64,000 bases of DNA from Nanobdellota archaeon (GCA_038045765.1 JBBSXN010000005.1:30905-94904), one strand, 5' to 3'; shown: positions 17,359 to 25,544, numbered from the stretch's first letter. The notes: generated by a model not told the origin, from the sequence alone. Numbers and translations are program-made.

Positions 17359-18623
17359 TCGAAGAACTAATAAAAAATATAGATACTGAAATTGACATTC
17401 TTAGGGAGATATCTACATATAATCAAAGAATTGAAAATACCAATTCATCTGAAAGAAGGCTTTTATTTGAAGTAAATGAATCTTTAGTTAATAGAATGAG
17501 GATAGTCAACTCTGCTATCCCGAATATATTAAAGAATATCTCTGTTGCTAAAAAATTAAATGAAAAAGAAATTAATACTAATCTTGAAAAAATTAATATT
17601 AAAATTAATGGTGGTGGTGAAAAATCTGTTGTTTTAAATAAAGGAGATAAAGAAAAGTTTCTTAACGAGCTAAGTATTTCTGAAAAATATATATCTAACT
17701 TAAGACATATAGTTAAAAAAGAAGTGGAAGATACTGCTGGTTTCCAAAAATCTAGAGGCTATATCAAGTTTGCAAATAAAATATTTTTTAACTATGTTAG
17801 AAAAATGACTAAAGATGGTGGATTTAAAGATCTTAATAGATTTCTTAGAAAAGCTAATATAGAGATTCTTTTGGAAAGCTATATATCTCTTATATTTCTT
17901 ACAACATTAATAGCAAGCGTATTCTCAATTATAGGTGGTGCCGTATTCTTTTACATGTATACTGGAGCAATTACTCAGAGAATAATTATAAGTCTTGCAA
18001 TTATTTTTTTAATTCCAGTCGCGACTTACTTCATTCTTTATTTTTATCCTTCTACTGAAAAAGATTCTCTGGAAGGGAAGATAGATCAAGAATTGCCCTT
18101 TGCAGTTATTCATATGAGTGCGATATCTGGCTCTGGAATAGAACCTAGTAGTATTTTTAAGATAATTGGCCTTAGTAAAGAATATCCTAATCTGGCAAAG
18201 GAGATAAGAAAAATATTAAATCAAATAAATATTTATGGATATGACTTAGTTACTGCTTTAAATAACGTATCAAGAAATACTCCTAGTGCTAAGTTGGCAG
18301 AATTACTTCTTGGACTTTCAACAAATATAAGTTCTGGCGGAGCGTTACAAACCTTCTTTGAGAAAAGAGCTGAAACATTATTATTAACTTATAGACTTGA
18401 AAGAGAAAAATTTACTAAAACGGCTGAAACATTTATGGATATTTATATTACAGTAGTAATTGCTGCACCTATGATTCTTCTTTTGATATTCATATTATTA
18501 TCTGTTGGTGACTTTAATATAGGAATAAGTCCTCAGCTTGGAACAGTAGTATTAATATTACTAGTAGGGTTAGTCAATTTGGTATTTTTAGGTATAATCC
18601 ACCTAAAACAACCCGCATACTAA
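17355..18623 (+). CDS. type IV filament platform protein, T2SS-F domain (TadC/FlaJ-like) with extra N-terminal cytoplasmic domain
   Basis: ELPFAVIHMSAISGSGIEPSSIFKII...YGYDLVTALNNVS...LSTNISSGGALQTFFEKRAE is the T2SF/FlaJ pattern. TM helices flank it. The N-terminal ~170 aa are soluble. Confidence 0.75.
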   Translation: MIEELIKNIDTEIDILREISTYNQRIENTNSSERRLLFEVNESLVNRMRIVNSAIPNILKNISVAKKLNEKEINTNLEKINIKINGGGEKSVVLNKGDKEKFLNELSISEKYISNLRHIVKKEVEDTAGFQKSRGYIKFANKIFFNYVRKMTKDGGFKDLNRFLRKANIEILLESYISLIFLTTLIASVFSIIGGAVFFYMYTGAITQRIIISLAIIFLIPVATYFILYFYPSTEKDSLEGKIDQELPFAVIHMSAISGSGIEPSSIFKIIGLSKEYPNLAKEIRKILNQINIYGYDLVTALNNVSRNTPSAKLAELLLGLSTNISSGGALQTFFEKRAETLLLTYRLEREKFTKTAETFMDIYITVVIAAPMILLLIFILLSVGDFNIGISPQLGTVVLILLVGLVNLVFLGIIHLKQPAY

Positions 18624-18624
18624 A

Positions 18625-19488
18625 ATGGAACTTCAAAAAATGCATTGGATTGGAATTATCTTTGGAGGAATATTAGTCTTAGTTAGCTTAATATTCTTTT
18701 ACACTGAGGTAGAAAAAAATCTATTTATTTTCTTAATTGGGCTAGGTATCGCAACTATGGCTTTTCCTTTCATAGTTGGAGTTGTAAATGAAGGTAAGAA
18801 AGAACAAGAATTAAATGAGATGTTTCTTGAATTCTCAAGAAACCTTGCTGAAAGTGTAAATATTGGTACTCCGGTAAGCAAGAGCATTATTAATATGGCT
18901 AGAAAGAAATATGGTGCACTTACTCCTCATATTGAAAAACTTGGAAATCAAATAGGCCTTGGAATCCCGGTGCATAGAGCTTTTGAAAATTTTGCTCGAG
19001 ACATTAATAATCCAGTTATAAGTAGAGCAGTTACTTTAATAAGTGAAGCAGAAAGAGCTGGAGGCGAAATAGATTATATTCTTGACTCGGTGGCTGAATC
19101 TATTTCTCAAATTGAAAAACTTAAAATTGAAAGAAAAACGGCTGTTTCAAGTTTAGTAGTCCAAGGATATATTATTTACTTTATATTTATTGGAATTATG
19201 TTGATGATGGAGTTCCAGATATTGCCTCTTGCCGCACAGGTAAGCTCATTGAAAGGACTTTCAACTAACTCACTTACTCTAGCAGAAGGAGCTTTACAAA
19301 CTCCAGTTTTCTCTAAAGATAATCTCGCTAGTTTGTTCTTATCTTTGCTTCTTGCTCAAGGATTTTTCTGTGGTTTTGCAATTGGAAAATTAACGGAAGG
19401 AAATTTGAAAGCTGGAATAAAACACTCATTTATAATGATGATATCTGCGTTCCTTATAACTAGCGGAATACATCTATTCAAAGTCTAA
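18625..19488 (+). CDS. second T2SS-F-domain platform protein (TadB-like)
   Basis: FLEFSRNLAESVNIGTPVSKSI...LGIPVHRAFENFARDINNPVISRAVTLISEAERAGGEI. N- and C-terminal TM helices. ATG follows 1 nt after the upstream TAA. Confidence 0.7.
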   Translation: MELQKMHWIGIIFGGILVLVSLIFFYTEVEKNLFIFLIGLGIATMAFPFIVGVVNEGKKEQELNEMFLEFSRNLAESVNIGTPVSKSIINMARKKYGALTPHIEKLGNQIGLGIPVHRAFENFARDINNPVISRAVTLISEAERAGGEIDYILDSVAESISQIEKLKIERKTAVSSLVVQGYIIYFIFIGIMLMMEFQILPLAAQVSSLKGLSTNSLTLAEGALQTPVFSKDNLASLFLSLLLAQGFFCGFAIGKLTEGNLKAGIKHSFIMMISAFLITSGIHLFKV

Positions 19489-19498
19489 TCTTTTAATG

Positions 19499-19550
19499 TC
19501 AAGATTCTTAAGTGTCGAATCTTGAGCACAGAAAATCAGTAGATTTTCTG
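19499..19550. terminator. double hairpin between convergent genes
   Basis: TCAAGATTC-N9-GAATCTTGA (19499-19525) and CAGAAAATC-AGTA-GATTTTCTG (19529-19550). Both are perfect 9-bp stems, read directly. Confidence 0.45.
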
Positions 19551-19551
19551 G

Positions 19552-20364
19552 TCAGGAAACTAACGGATAGTTTCCTGCATCCAAAAAACTATTCGTTTTT
19601 TTGATAAGGTAAAAAATCTCATTTTTTGTTTTAAATGACTCGTAGCTATAATTTAAACGTTTTAACAGTTGCTCTATCCATCCTCTTTGAGGATGGTTCA
19701 TGGGTTTTCCTGAGAGAGTTTTTGTTGAAAAACTCACTAATAGATATTTGCATTGGATGAATTTTATAATCTTCTCTGCAAGTTTATGCCCTCTCTCTTC
19801 AAGAACATCGAAAACCTTCAGTATTAGACATAAATCTACTTTAGGAAGGGGAGAATTGAGATTTCTTAAGTCGTATAAAAAAGCTTCTCCAGAAATATTA
19901 TTCATATTAAAGTATTCTTTAACTAAATCTAAATCATTTTGATTTATATCCGTTGCATAGTATTTTATTCCTTTGCTAGCAATGGCAATTGGATTAAGAC
20001 CGCAACCTAAATCTAAGATAGATTTAACATGTAATGAGGCAATTTTATCTTTTAAAAAAGAATAATCTGAAATCCTTTCTTCTGCTGATGAATGTGTCTT
20101 TAGCAAGTCTTCTATCTTTCCAGATTCTAATAACTCTTGCTGAAGACTAGAGGTATTTTGGAATCTTCCAGACATCTTTCTTAAATTGCCTCTAACTTCC
20201 TTTATAATTAGCTTTTTTTCTTTTTCAGATAAATCTTTCTTACTTACTTTATTCTTATCAAAATATGAAATTATTGCTTCTTGTACAATTGAATTTGCTA
20301 AACCGGACAATTCTTTCTTTTCTTTTACTGAAAAGCATAAAGATTTTATTAATTCTTCTTCCAT
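19552..20364 (-). CDS. FmrO/ArmA/RmtB-family 16S rRNA (guanine-N7) methyltransferase homolog
   Basis: LLKTHSSAEER, SILDLGCGLNPIAI, YYATDIN, LLVSFSTKTLSGKPMNHPQRGW and EIFYLIKK parallel remembered ArmA/RmtB motifs (LLKIHSSTNER; LDIACGLNPLAL; VSFPTRSLGGRGKGM; ELIYLIKK). 270 aa, the family-typical length. Confidence 0.6.
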   Translation of the reverse strand: MEEELIKSLCFSVKEKKELSGLANSIVQEAIISYFDKNKVSKKDLSEKEKKLIIKEVRGNLRKMSGRFQNTSSLQQELLESGKIEDLLKTHSSAEERISDYSFLKDKIASLHVKSILDLGCGLNPIAIASKGIKYYATDINQNDLDLVKEYFNMNNISGEAFLYDLRNLNSPLPKVDLCLILKVFDVLEERGHKLAEKIIKFIQCKYLLVSFSTKTLSGKPMNHPQRGWIEQLLKRLNYSYESFKTKNEIFYLIKKTNSFLDAGNYPLVS

Positions 20365-20431
20365 ATTGCAGAGTTAGATTATTATTTATGGGGAACAGAA
20401 GCTATATAAATTTAGTTGGGGGTTATATTAA

Positions 20432-21148
20432 ATGGAAAAGAGAGGAATCAGTAATGTAGAGATGGTATTAGCTTTTTTGATATTTATAGGGGCAGTTTTA
20501 TTCGCAATTTATTTCTTTGCTGGACAATTTAGCCAACGTGAAAAGTCAGAGAGTATCGATTATATCTATAATGTTATAATAGACAATGCTAAAGATGAAT
20601 TTAAGACTTATTCTATAAAAGTTAACCGAACTTCTTTACCTAGCCAAGTAGAAATAATTGCTATTGATCTAGATGTTGATTTTAATCTTGATGAAAACGT
20701 TGCTGCTTATGATTTTTCTGAAAATAAATTATCTTTAAAACTGATTAGTAATATTATTTATCTAAATATTAGTGATAGTGAAGATATAATTAATTTAAGA
20801 ATAAGTAAAAGTATATTGAATAATTACACACAGTTTTCTGATTCTCCTGTGCATAATCCTTCTAATTATGAAATTGCGAGTAGTAATAGAAATACTTTAA
20901 CTTCGGAAAAAATGTTGCGTGATTTAATTAGGGAATATAATTTAGATTATAATAGATTAAAGAGTAGACTGGGTGTGAGTAGGGGATTTGAGTTTGGCTT
21001 CGGAGTAAAGTTTTCAGAAACAGAATTTATTGAAACTAATAAAGAAATACCAAAACAAGTACAATTGTTTACTAAAAATGAAAGAAAAGAAATATTAAAA
21101 GAAGATGGAAGAATTGTTTTCTCAGACTTTAAGGTGAGTGTATGGTAA
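20432..21148 (+). CDS. pilin-like protein (class III signal peptide, Glu +5)
   Basis: MEKRG|ISNVEMVLAFLIFIGAVLFAIYFF. 238 aa. TATA-like GCTATATAAATT ends about 22 nt before the ATG. Confidence 0.5.
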   Translation: MEKRGISNVEMVLAFLIFIGAVLFAIYFFAGQFSQREKSESIDYIYNVIIDNAKDEFKTYSIKVNRTSLPSQVEIIAIDLDVDFNLDENVAAYDFSENKLSLKLISNIIYLNISDSEDIINLRISKSILNNYTQFSDSPVHNPSNYEIASSNRNTLTSEKMLRDLIREYNLDYNRLKSRLGVSRGFEFGFGVKFSETEFIETNKEIPKQVQLFTKNERKEILKEDGRIVFSDFKVSVW

Positions 21149-21182
21149 ATAAAATGAAATTTAGTAAAACTTCAAGGACTAA

Positions 21183-21219
21183 AATCCTTGAAAGCCGTCA
21201 AGATTTAAAAAATCTTGAG
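21183..21219. promoter_or_regulatory. triple AATCTTGA-type repeat in the spacer before pilin-like gene 21244
   Basis: AATCCTTGA (21183-21191), TCAAGATTT (21198-21206) and AATCTTGAG (21211-21219), read directly. They lie inside the spurious N-terminal extension of ORF 21142. Confidence 0.35.
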
Positions 21220-21243
21220 GTTTCAAATATCCATTCAAGAAGA

Positions 21244-21660
21244 ATGGATAAGAGAGGATTTTTGAGAATATTAGAAGCTATTTTGGCGGTTTTGATAATA
21301 CTTGGGGCTTTGCTTTTTGTAGTAATGAAAAATAATGCTCAAGATGCTGAAAACTCGGGAGATTCTCTTTGCAAAGAGGCAGAAGGAATATTAGAAGAAA
21401 TAAGCAAGAACAATAGTTTAAGAGAAAGTGTGCTTGATAGAGATGACTTAGCGATACATAATTTCTTAAGAATTAGAATAAATAATCCTTTAATTGATTA
21501 TAGAGTTAAAATATGTAATCCTGATGAATTATGCTCTTTGAGTGAAGGAGGTCTTGACAAAATAGATGTATGTGCTTCTGAAAGGTTGATAACAACAACA
21601 CCTTCAAGAACTGAATTCCAGCCAAAGAAGCTTAAAGTTTTCTTATTTAGACTACGGTAA
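21244..21660 (+). CDS. pilin-like protein (class III signal peptide)
   Basis: Start moved to ATG 21244: MDKRG|FLRILEAILAVLIILGALLFVV. Two Cys in the globular part. Confidence 0.5.
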   Translation: MDKRGFLRILEAILAVLIILGALLFVVMKNNAQDAENSGDSLCKEAEGILEEISKNNSLRESVLDRDDLAIHNFLRIRINNPLIDYRVKICNPDELCSLSEGGLDKIDVCASERLITTTPSRTEFQPKKLKVFLFRLR

Positions 21661-21725
21661 ATCTAATTGGCACATTTATTAAAAATGTAGATAATATTTA
21701 TATAGTTTGTATTTCTATTTTAAAT

Positions 21726-22139
21726 ATGAAGATTGAGGTGAATTTAAAGAAAAGATATTTTATTTTTATATTAGCATCTGCTTTATTGCTTGGTAGCATG
21801 ATTGCAGTTTATGCTTATGGAACAAATAATCCATCTATCTTCGGCCATAGTGCTGGTGAAGTTGCTGGAGGAGGTATTCCTTCTGGAGCAATAGTTATGT
21901 TTGATGTTGCTTGTCCTACTGGTTGGACTCGTTTTGCTGGTTTGGATGGAAAAGTTGCAAAAGGATCTGCAACATATGGCGGTATTGGTGGGTCTGATAC
22001 TCATACTCATACTCATCAGGATAGTTTTGCAACTAATCTTGACGGAGGGAGTTGGAGAACGGCTATCAGCACCTTAACTATTGATCCTTCTTCTAGTTGG
22101 CCTCCTTATGTTGAAGTTGTTTGGTGCAAGAAAAATTAA
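21726..22139 (+). CDS. N-terminally anchored protein with phage-tail-collar-like domain
   Basis: Anchor YFIFILASALLLGSMIAVYAY. Then GGIPSGAIVMFDVACPTGWTRFAGLDGKVAKGSATYGGIGGSDTHTHTH...SWPPYVEVVWCKK resembles the collar/MdpB pattern (G.I..f....P.GW..cdG...G....gGs.tHtl...PpY..l.f.ik). Confidence 0.35.
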   Translation: MKIEVNLKKRYFIFILASALLLGSMIAVYAYGTNNPSIFGHSAGEVAGGGIPSGAIVMFDVACPTGWTRFAGLDGKVAKGSATYGGIGGSDTHTHTHQDSFATNLDGGSWRTAISTLTIDPSSSWPPYVEVVWCKKN

Positions 22140-22145
22140 ATTTTT

Positions 22146-22155
22146 ATCTTGACAT
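22146..22155 (+). promoter_or_regulatory. ATCTTGACAT box upstream of the first giant surface gene
   Basis: Lies 64 nt upstream of ATG 22219 and upstream of AATATTTATAAAG. The 14-nt TTTTATCTTGACAT is identical to 271-284. Confidence 0.3.
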
Positions 22156-22218
22156 TCTGTTGTGGCGAGATAATTTACATCTATAAATATTTATAAAGTT
22201 GTATCTGCATTCTGAAAT

Positions 22219-25212
22219 ATGAATAAGGTGATGTTTTTTCTTTTTGGATTTTTTTCATTCGTATTAATTATGAATTTAGTTTCAGCTGAGACTATCGTAT
22301 TTGATTATAGTAGTGCGAGTTCTTCTACTGGTGTAGTTAATAATGGAAATGGGCAATATAGTTGGACAGTACCTGCAGGTGTAACTGAGATAAGTGTTAA
22401 GATTTGGGGGGGAGGAGGAGGGGGAAGTGGAGGAGATAATTATGAAGATGGAAGCGGAGGAGGAGGAGGAGGATTAATTGTGACTACCGTTCCAGCGATT
22501 TCTGGACAAATATATGAAATTAAAGTAGGTAATTCTGGTGGAATTAATATTGATGGTGAAGAATCGTATCTGAGAAGAGGATTTAGTGTTGACATATCTG
22601 CTCAAGGTGGTGGGGGAGCTAGAATTGGTTTGAATGGGCGCGGGGCAGGAGGAAGTATATTTTCTTCCGTAGGTAATACTGGATTTACCAATTATTCTGG
22701 CGGGGATGGAGGTTTAGCTGGAGGTGCTAGTCCTTCTGGTTGTGGGGGAGGGGGAAGTGGAGGAGGGGGAAGTGGAGGATCTTCAGGTTTTGCAGATACT
22801 TGTCCTGGTAATAATGGTGCTGGTTCCGCAGTATTTGGTGGAGGTAATGGTGGGAACCATGGGTCTCCTGGATCTCTGCCTGGAGGAGGAGGAGCTGGAA
22901 GTTTACAATCTCAACCAGTAGTTTATAGAACGCCTGCTACTGCGGGCGCTCCAGGAAGAATTATTTTAACTTATACAATTAATTCAATAGTAAATCCTAT
23001 CTGTGGAAGTAATGGATGTGAGGTGGGAGAAACTCCTGCTAATTGTCCTTTAGATTGTTCATCTACTTCTTCCGAGATTAATACTTGTTCTTCACCTAAC
23101 CAGATTATCTTCTCTTTATATCAAAATAATAATTCTCATGTTGCTTTATGGAATAATGAAAGTTATAACTATAAAATATGTTATAATCAGATATTTGGTA
23201 GAGATTATGCTATGAGTAATATGCGTGTGTGTAACGGTAAAAATAGTGTTTTGAATATTAGTTCTATCGATAATGCTCATGCTGAAAAACCTTATGGATT
23301 AAATTATCCTGTTGGAATCTGTTATGGTGAAATGGCCTGTTCAGTTAGAACTGCAAGGTGCAACCCTGGTGGTGAAAAAATAGTTGTTAGATTATCTGGA
23401 GAAACAAACGCACATATATCTAATTCTAGTTTCCCTTCATATGATAATTTATTGTGCTGTTCTGAAAAACCTCTTGGATTTAATAGATTGGGTTGGAAAG
23501 ATTCTAGTGAGGTAAATTTTATTTCCAATGCTAAAAATGGAGACTCTATTTTCTTATATGCTGTAACTAATTTTACGATTGGTACAAATGTAAATTTTGA
23601 GATCTATGAAGATGATCTTGGTCCTGACGATCCTATAAGGACTGGAAGCAATAATCTTTCTGGAATTGTTGACGCTAATGGAATAGCTAAAGCCTCTTGG
23701 ACTATAACTCAAGCAGATATCGATGCTGGTGATGGTCTTGGTGAAGGTGATTTTGTAGAATTTTATTCATTTGCTAATGTTAATGGTTTCTATAATAAAA
23801 TTTCTGATGAATTAATTACTAATAAAAATAGAGATACAGTTATACCAGCGAATTGTAATATAGATATAGTTAGTGGACCTGGTAAATTAAATCATCGTGG
23901 AATTTATTTTGCAAATAAGAGCATTGAATTCAATCAAACCAGAATTAGTGAAAGTAATATAAATGTTCAGTGGGTAATTGAAGGGGAGAATGAAGCTACA
24001 ATTAGTAAAACTGAAAAGAGCTTTTTAATGAACTTTTCTAGAGCTGGGCAGAAGACAATTACTCTTAACGCTAATATTCCTGGATGTGCTGAACAAAACA
24101 GACAAGTTTCAATATTAGTTACTGATGGTCCTGGATTATTTACTTTTATTAATGCTCCATTCAATATGCAGGTGTTCAAGTTTATTGACGATAATATTAA
24201 TGTTTACTATAGTGGAAATGAAAGTTATGTTGTTAATAGTACTGGAAATGTATGTCCTACCTCGCCTACAGTTACTTGTTTAGCAGGTAATTGTCCTTTA
24301 ACAACTTCTAATGTACCTGTTGGATGTTCGGGTAATAATGTTGTTGTAACTGCTAATCCTTCTATTGATAAATTCGCTAATATTAATTTTACTTGGAGTA
24401 AAATTAAGAGAGTTGGCGAAGATATATTGACTAGAGGACATGGCATTGTAAATGCTAGCGGATATACTAATTATAATAGAGCTAATGATAGATCTAAGGC
24501 AATTGGAGACAAGCAGATAAAACTTATTGCTAATTATACTGTTGGTACGGTTAGTTTGCAGAATACTTTCTTGAGGAACTTTACACTTGGAACATGCATA
24601 AATAATGGCTATCAGAGATTGAATATTGATAGTTTGGGAAGAGTAAAAAATATTACTAATACAAGGGAAAGTGGAATTGCTTGTGGAAATTCTGGAGATG
24701 GAATCTGTTGTCCTGTTGGAGAAATTTGTGGGGCTAATGGGTGTGAAAGAACAGAGAATCCTATAACCACTTGTTCAAATTATACTCTAAGGGATTATTG
24801 CTTATCTGATCCATATAGTGCTAAAGAATTTGAATATTCTTCATTTGTTCAGAGAAATGGTTTGAGTCCAGAGTGTAATGTTAATTATAATTGTGTATGG
24901 AATCAAACTGCTTGTAACTTTAATATAACTCAAGTAGATAATTTAGGTAACTTTGGTGGAAGTTGTTTAGAAAGTGCTATTCCAGTTGTTGATAGTAGTT
25001 GTGATAATGGTGAACTGACTAAGTTAATTAATATAACTTCTACTAGTTCAGGACAACTAGCATGTTTGACTTGCCAGAGCGGTGTGTTTGAAGTTCCATG
25101 TGGAAGGCCTAGTATTGAATTGCCTTTCTTTGGAATTCAACAGATAGTGTTATCGTTAATTTCTATAATTGGAGTTTACTTATTTATGTTTAGAAGAAAG
25201 AAAGTCAATTAG
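22219..25212 (+). CDS. 997-aa surface protein: glycine-rich domain, threefold 'NAH' repeat, Ig-like region, shared Cys-rich C-terminal module with TM anchor
   Basis: Signal FFLFGFFSFVLIMNLVSAE. YSWTVPAGVTEISVKIWGGGGGGSGG...GRIILTY is the 'glycine-rich domain' pattern. Three repeats of L..x.N[AS]H...Y...[IL]C[YC] (nt 23080-23460). The C-terminal ~450 aa are paralogous to the end of 32073-36011. Confidence 0.6.
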   Translation: MNKVMFFLFGFFSFVLIMNLVSAETIVFDYSSASSSTGVVNNGNGQYSWTVPAGVTEISVKIWGGGGGGSGGDNYEDGSGGGGGGLIVTTVPAISGQIYEIKVGNSGGINIDGEESYLRRGFSVDISAQGGGGARIGLNGRGAGGSIFSSVGNTGFTNYSGGDGGLAGGASPSGCGGGGSGGGGSGGSSGFADTCPGNNGAGSAVFGGGNGGNHGSPGSLPGGGGAGSLQSQPVVYRTPATAGAPGRIILTYTINSIVNPICGSNGCEVGETPANCPLDCSSTSSEINTCSSPNQIIFSLYQNNNSHVALWNNESYNYKICYNQIFGRDYAMSNMRVCNGKNSVLNISSIDNAHAEKPYGLNYPVGICYGEMACSVRTARCNPGGEKIVVRLSGETNAHISNSSFPSYDNLLCCSEKPLGFNRLGWKDSSEVNFISNAKNGDSIFLYAVTNFTIGTNVNFEIYEDDLGPDDPIRTGSNNLSGIVDANGIAKASWTITQADIDAGDGLGEGDFVEFYSFANVNGFYNKISDELITNKNRDTVIPANCNIDIVSGPGKLNHRGIYFANKSIEFNQTRISESNINVQWVIEGENEATISKTEKSFLMNFSRAGQKTITLNANIPGCAEQNRQVSILVTDGPGLFTFINAPFNMQVFKFIDDNINVYYSGNESYVVNSTGNVCPTSPTVTCLAGNCPLTTSNVPVGCSGNNVVVTANPSIDKFANINFTWSKIKRVGEDILTRGHGIVNASGYTNYNRANDRSKAIGDKQIKLIANYTVGTVSLQNTFLRNFTLGTCINNGYQRLNIDSLGRVKNITNTRESGIACGNSGDGICCPVGEICGANGCERTENPITTCSNYTLRDYCLSDPYSAKEFEYSSFVQRNGLSPECNVNYNCVWNQTACNFNITQVDNLGNFGGSCLESAIPVVDSSCDNGELTKLINITSTSSGQLACLTCQSGVFEVPCGRPSIELPFFGIQQIVLSLISIIGVYLFMFRRKKVN
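23854..25212 (+). repeat. copy A of the 1.36-kb shared C-terminal module
   Basis: Aligns with 34647-36011. Blocks 24031-24145 and 34821-34935 are identical (115 nt). Blocks 24871-25168 and 35667-35964 differ at a single position (298 nt). The segments between them are divergent. Confidence 0.9.
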
Positions 25213-25265
25213 TTGTTACTTTATAATAGGAACAAATAGAAACATTTAAATAGTTCTTTTTATGT

Positions 25266-25544
25266 ATGAAAATAATGGAAATGAGAAGTTATGTTCCTAG
25301 AAATCTTTCAAGATATGTAGCTCCTGCTTTAGTAGCTGGTGGTTTACTTTTAGTTAGCGGATGTGCGACAACTGGAAATAATCAAAAAAATAATTTAGAT
25401 AATAAGGTAGTTTATGGTCAAAAATATAACAGTTATAAAGGTGAAGATATAAAGAAAGATAATAATAGTGGTTGGAATGGTGCTAGTAATTTTGTAGGAG
25501 ACCTTATTTTTGAAGGTTTACTTCGTGCTCTTTTCCGTCAATAA
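25266..25544 (+). CDS. small secreted protein with lipobox-like signal (LLVSGC)
   Basis: MKIMEMRSYVPRNLSRYVAPALVAGGLLLVSGCATTGNN has a positive n-region, an h-region and [LV][AS][GA]C. 92 aa. Confidence 0.4.
   Translation: MKIMEMRSYVPRNLSRYVAPALVAGGLLLVSGCATTGNNQKNNLDNKVVYGQKYNSYKGEDIKKDNNSGWNGASNFVGDLIFEGLLRALFRQ

Noticed and set aside
21142-21243. N-terminal extensions of ORF-track entries (21142, 30743, 40087, 9057, 14532, 15610, 3181, 12742, 39825, 52952, 63778)
   Set aside because: The extensions start at non-ATG codons or upstream ATGs. They cover TATA boxes, repeats or the upstream gene's 3' end. The internal ATG gives a canonical signal peptide, class III signal or domain start.
22400-22900. 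G-rich tracts and (GGA)n as G-quadruplex, phase-variation tracts or CRISPR-like repeats
   Set aside because: They are in-frame Gly codons of the glycine-rich domain. I could not find four GGG runs with loops of 7 nt or less. Trinucleotide slippage would stay in frame. There is no repeat-spacer periodicity.
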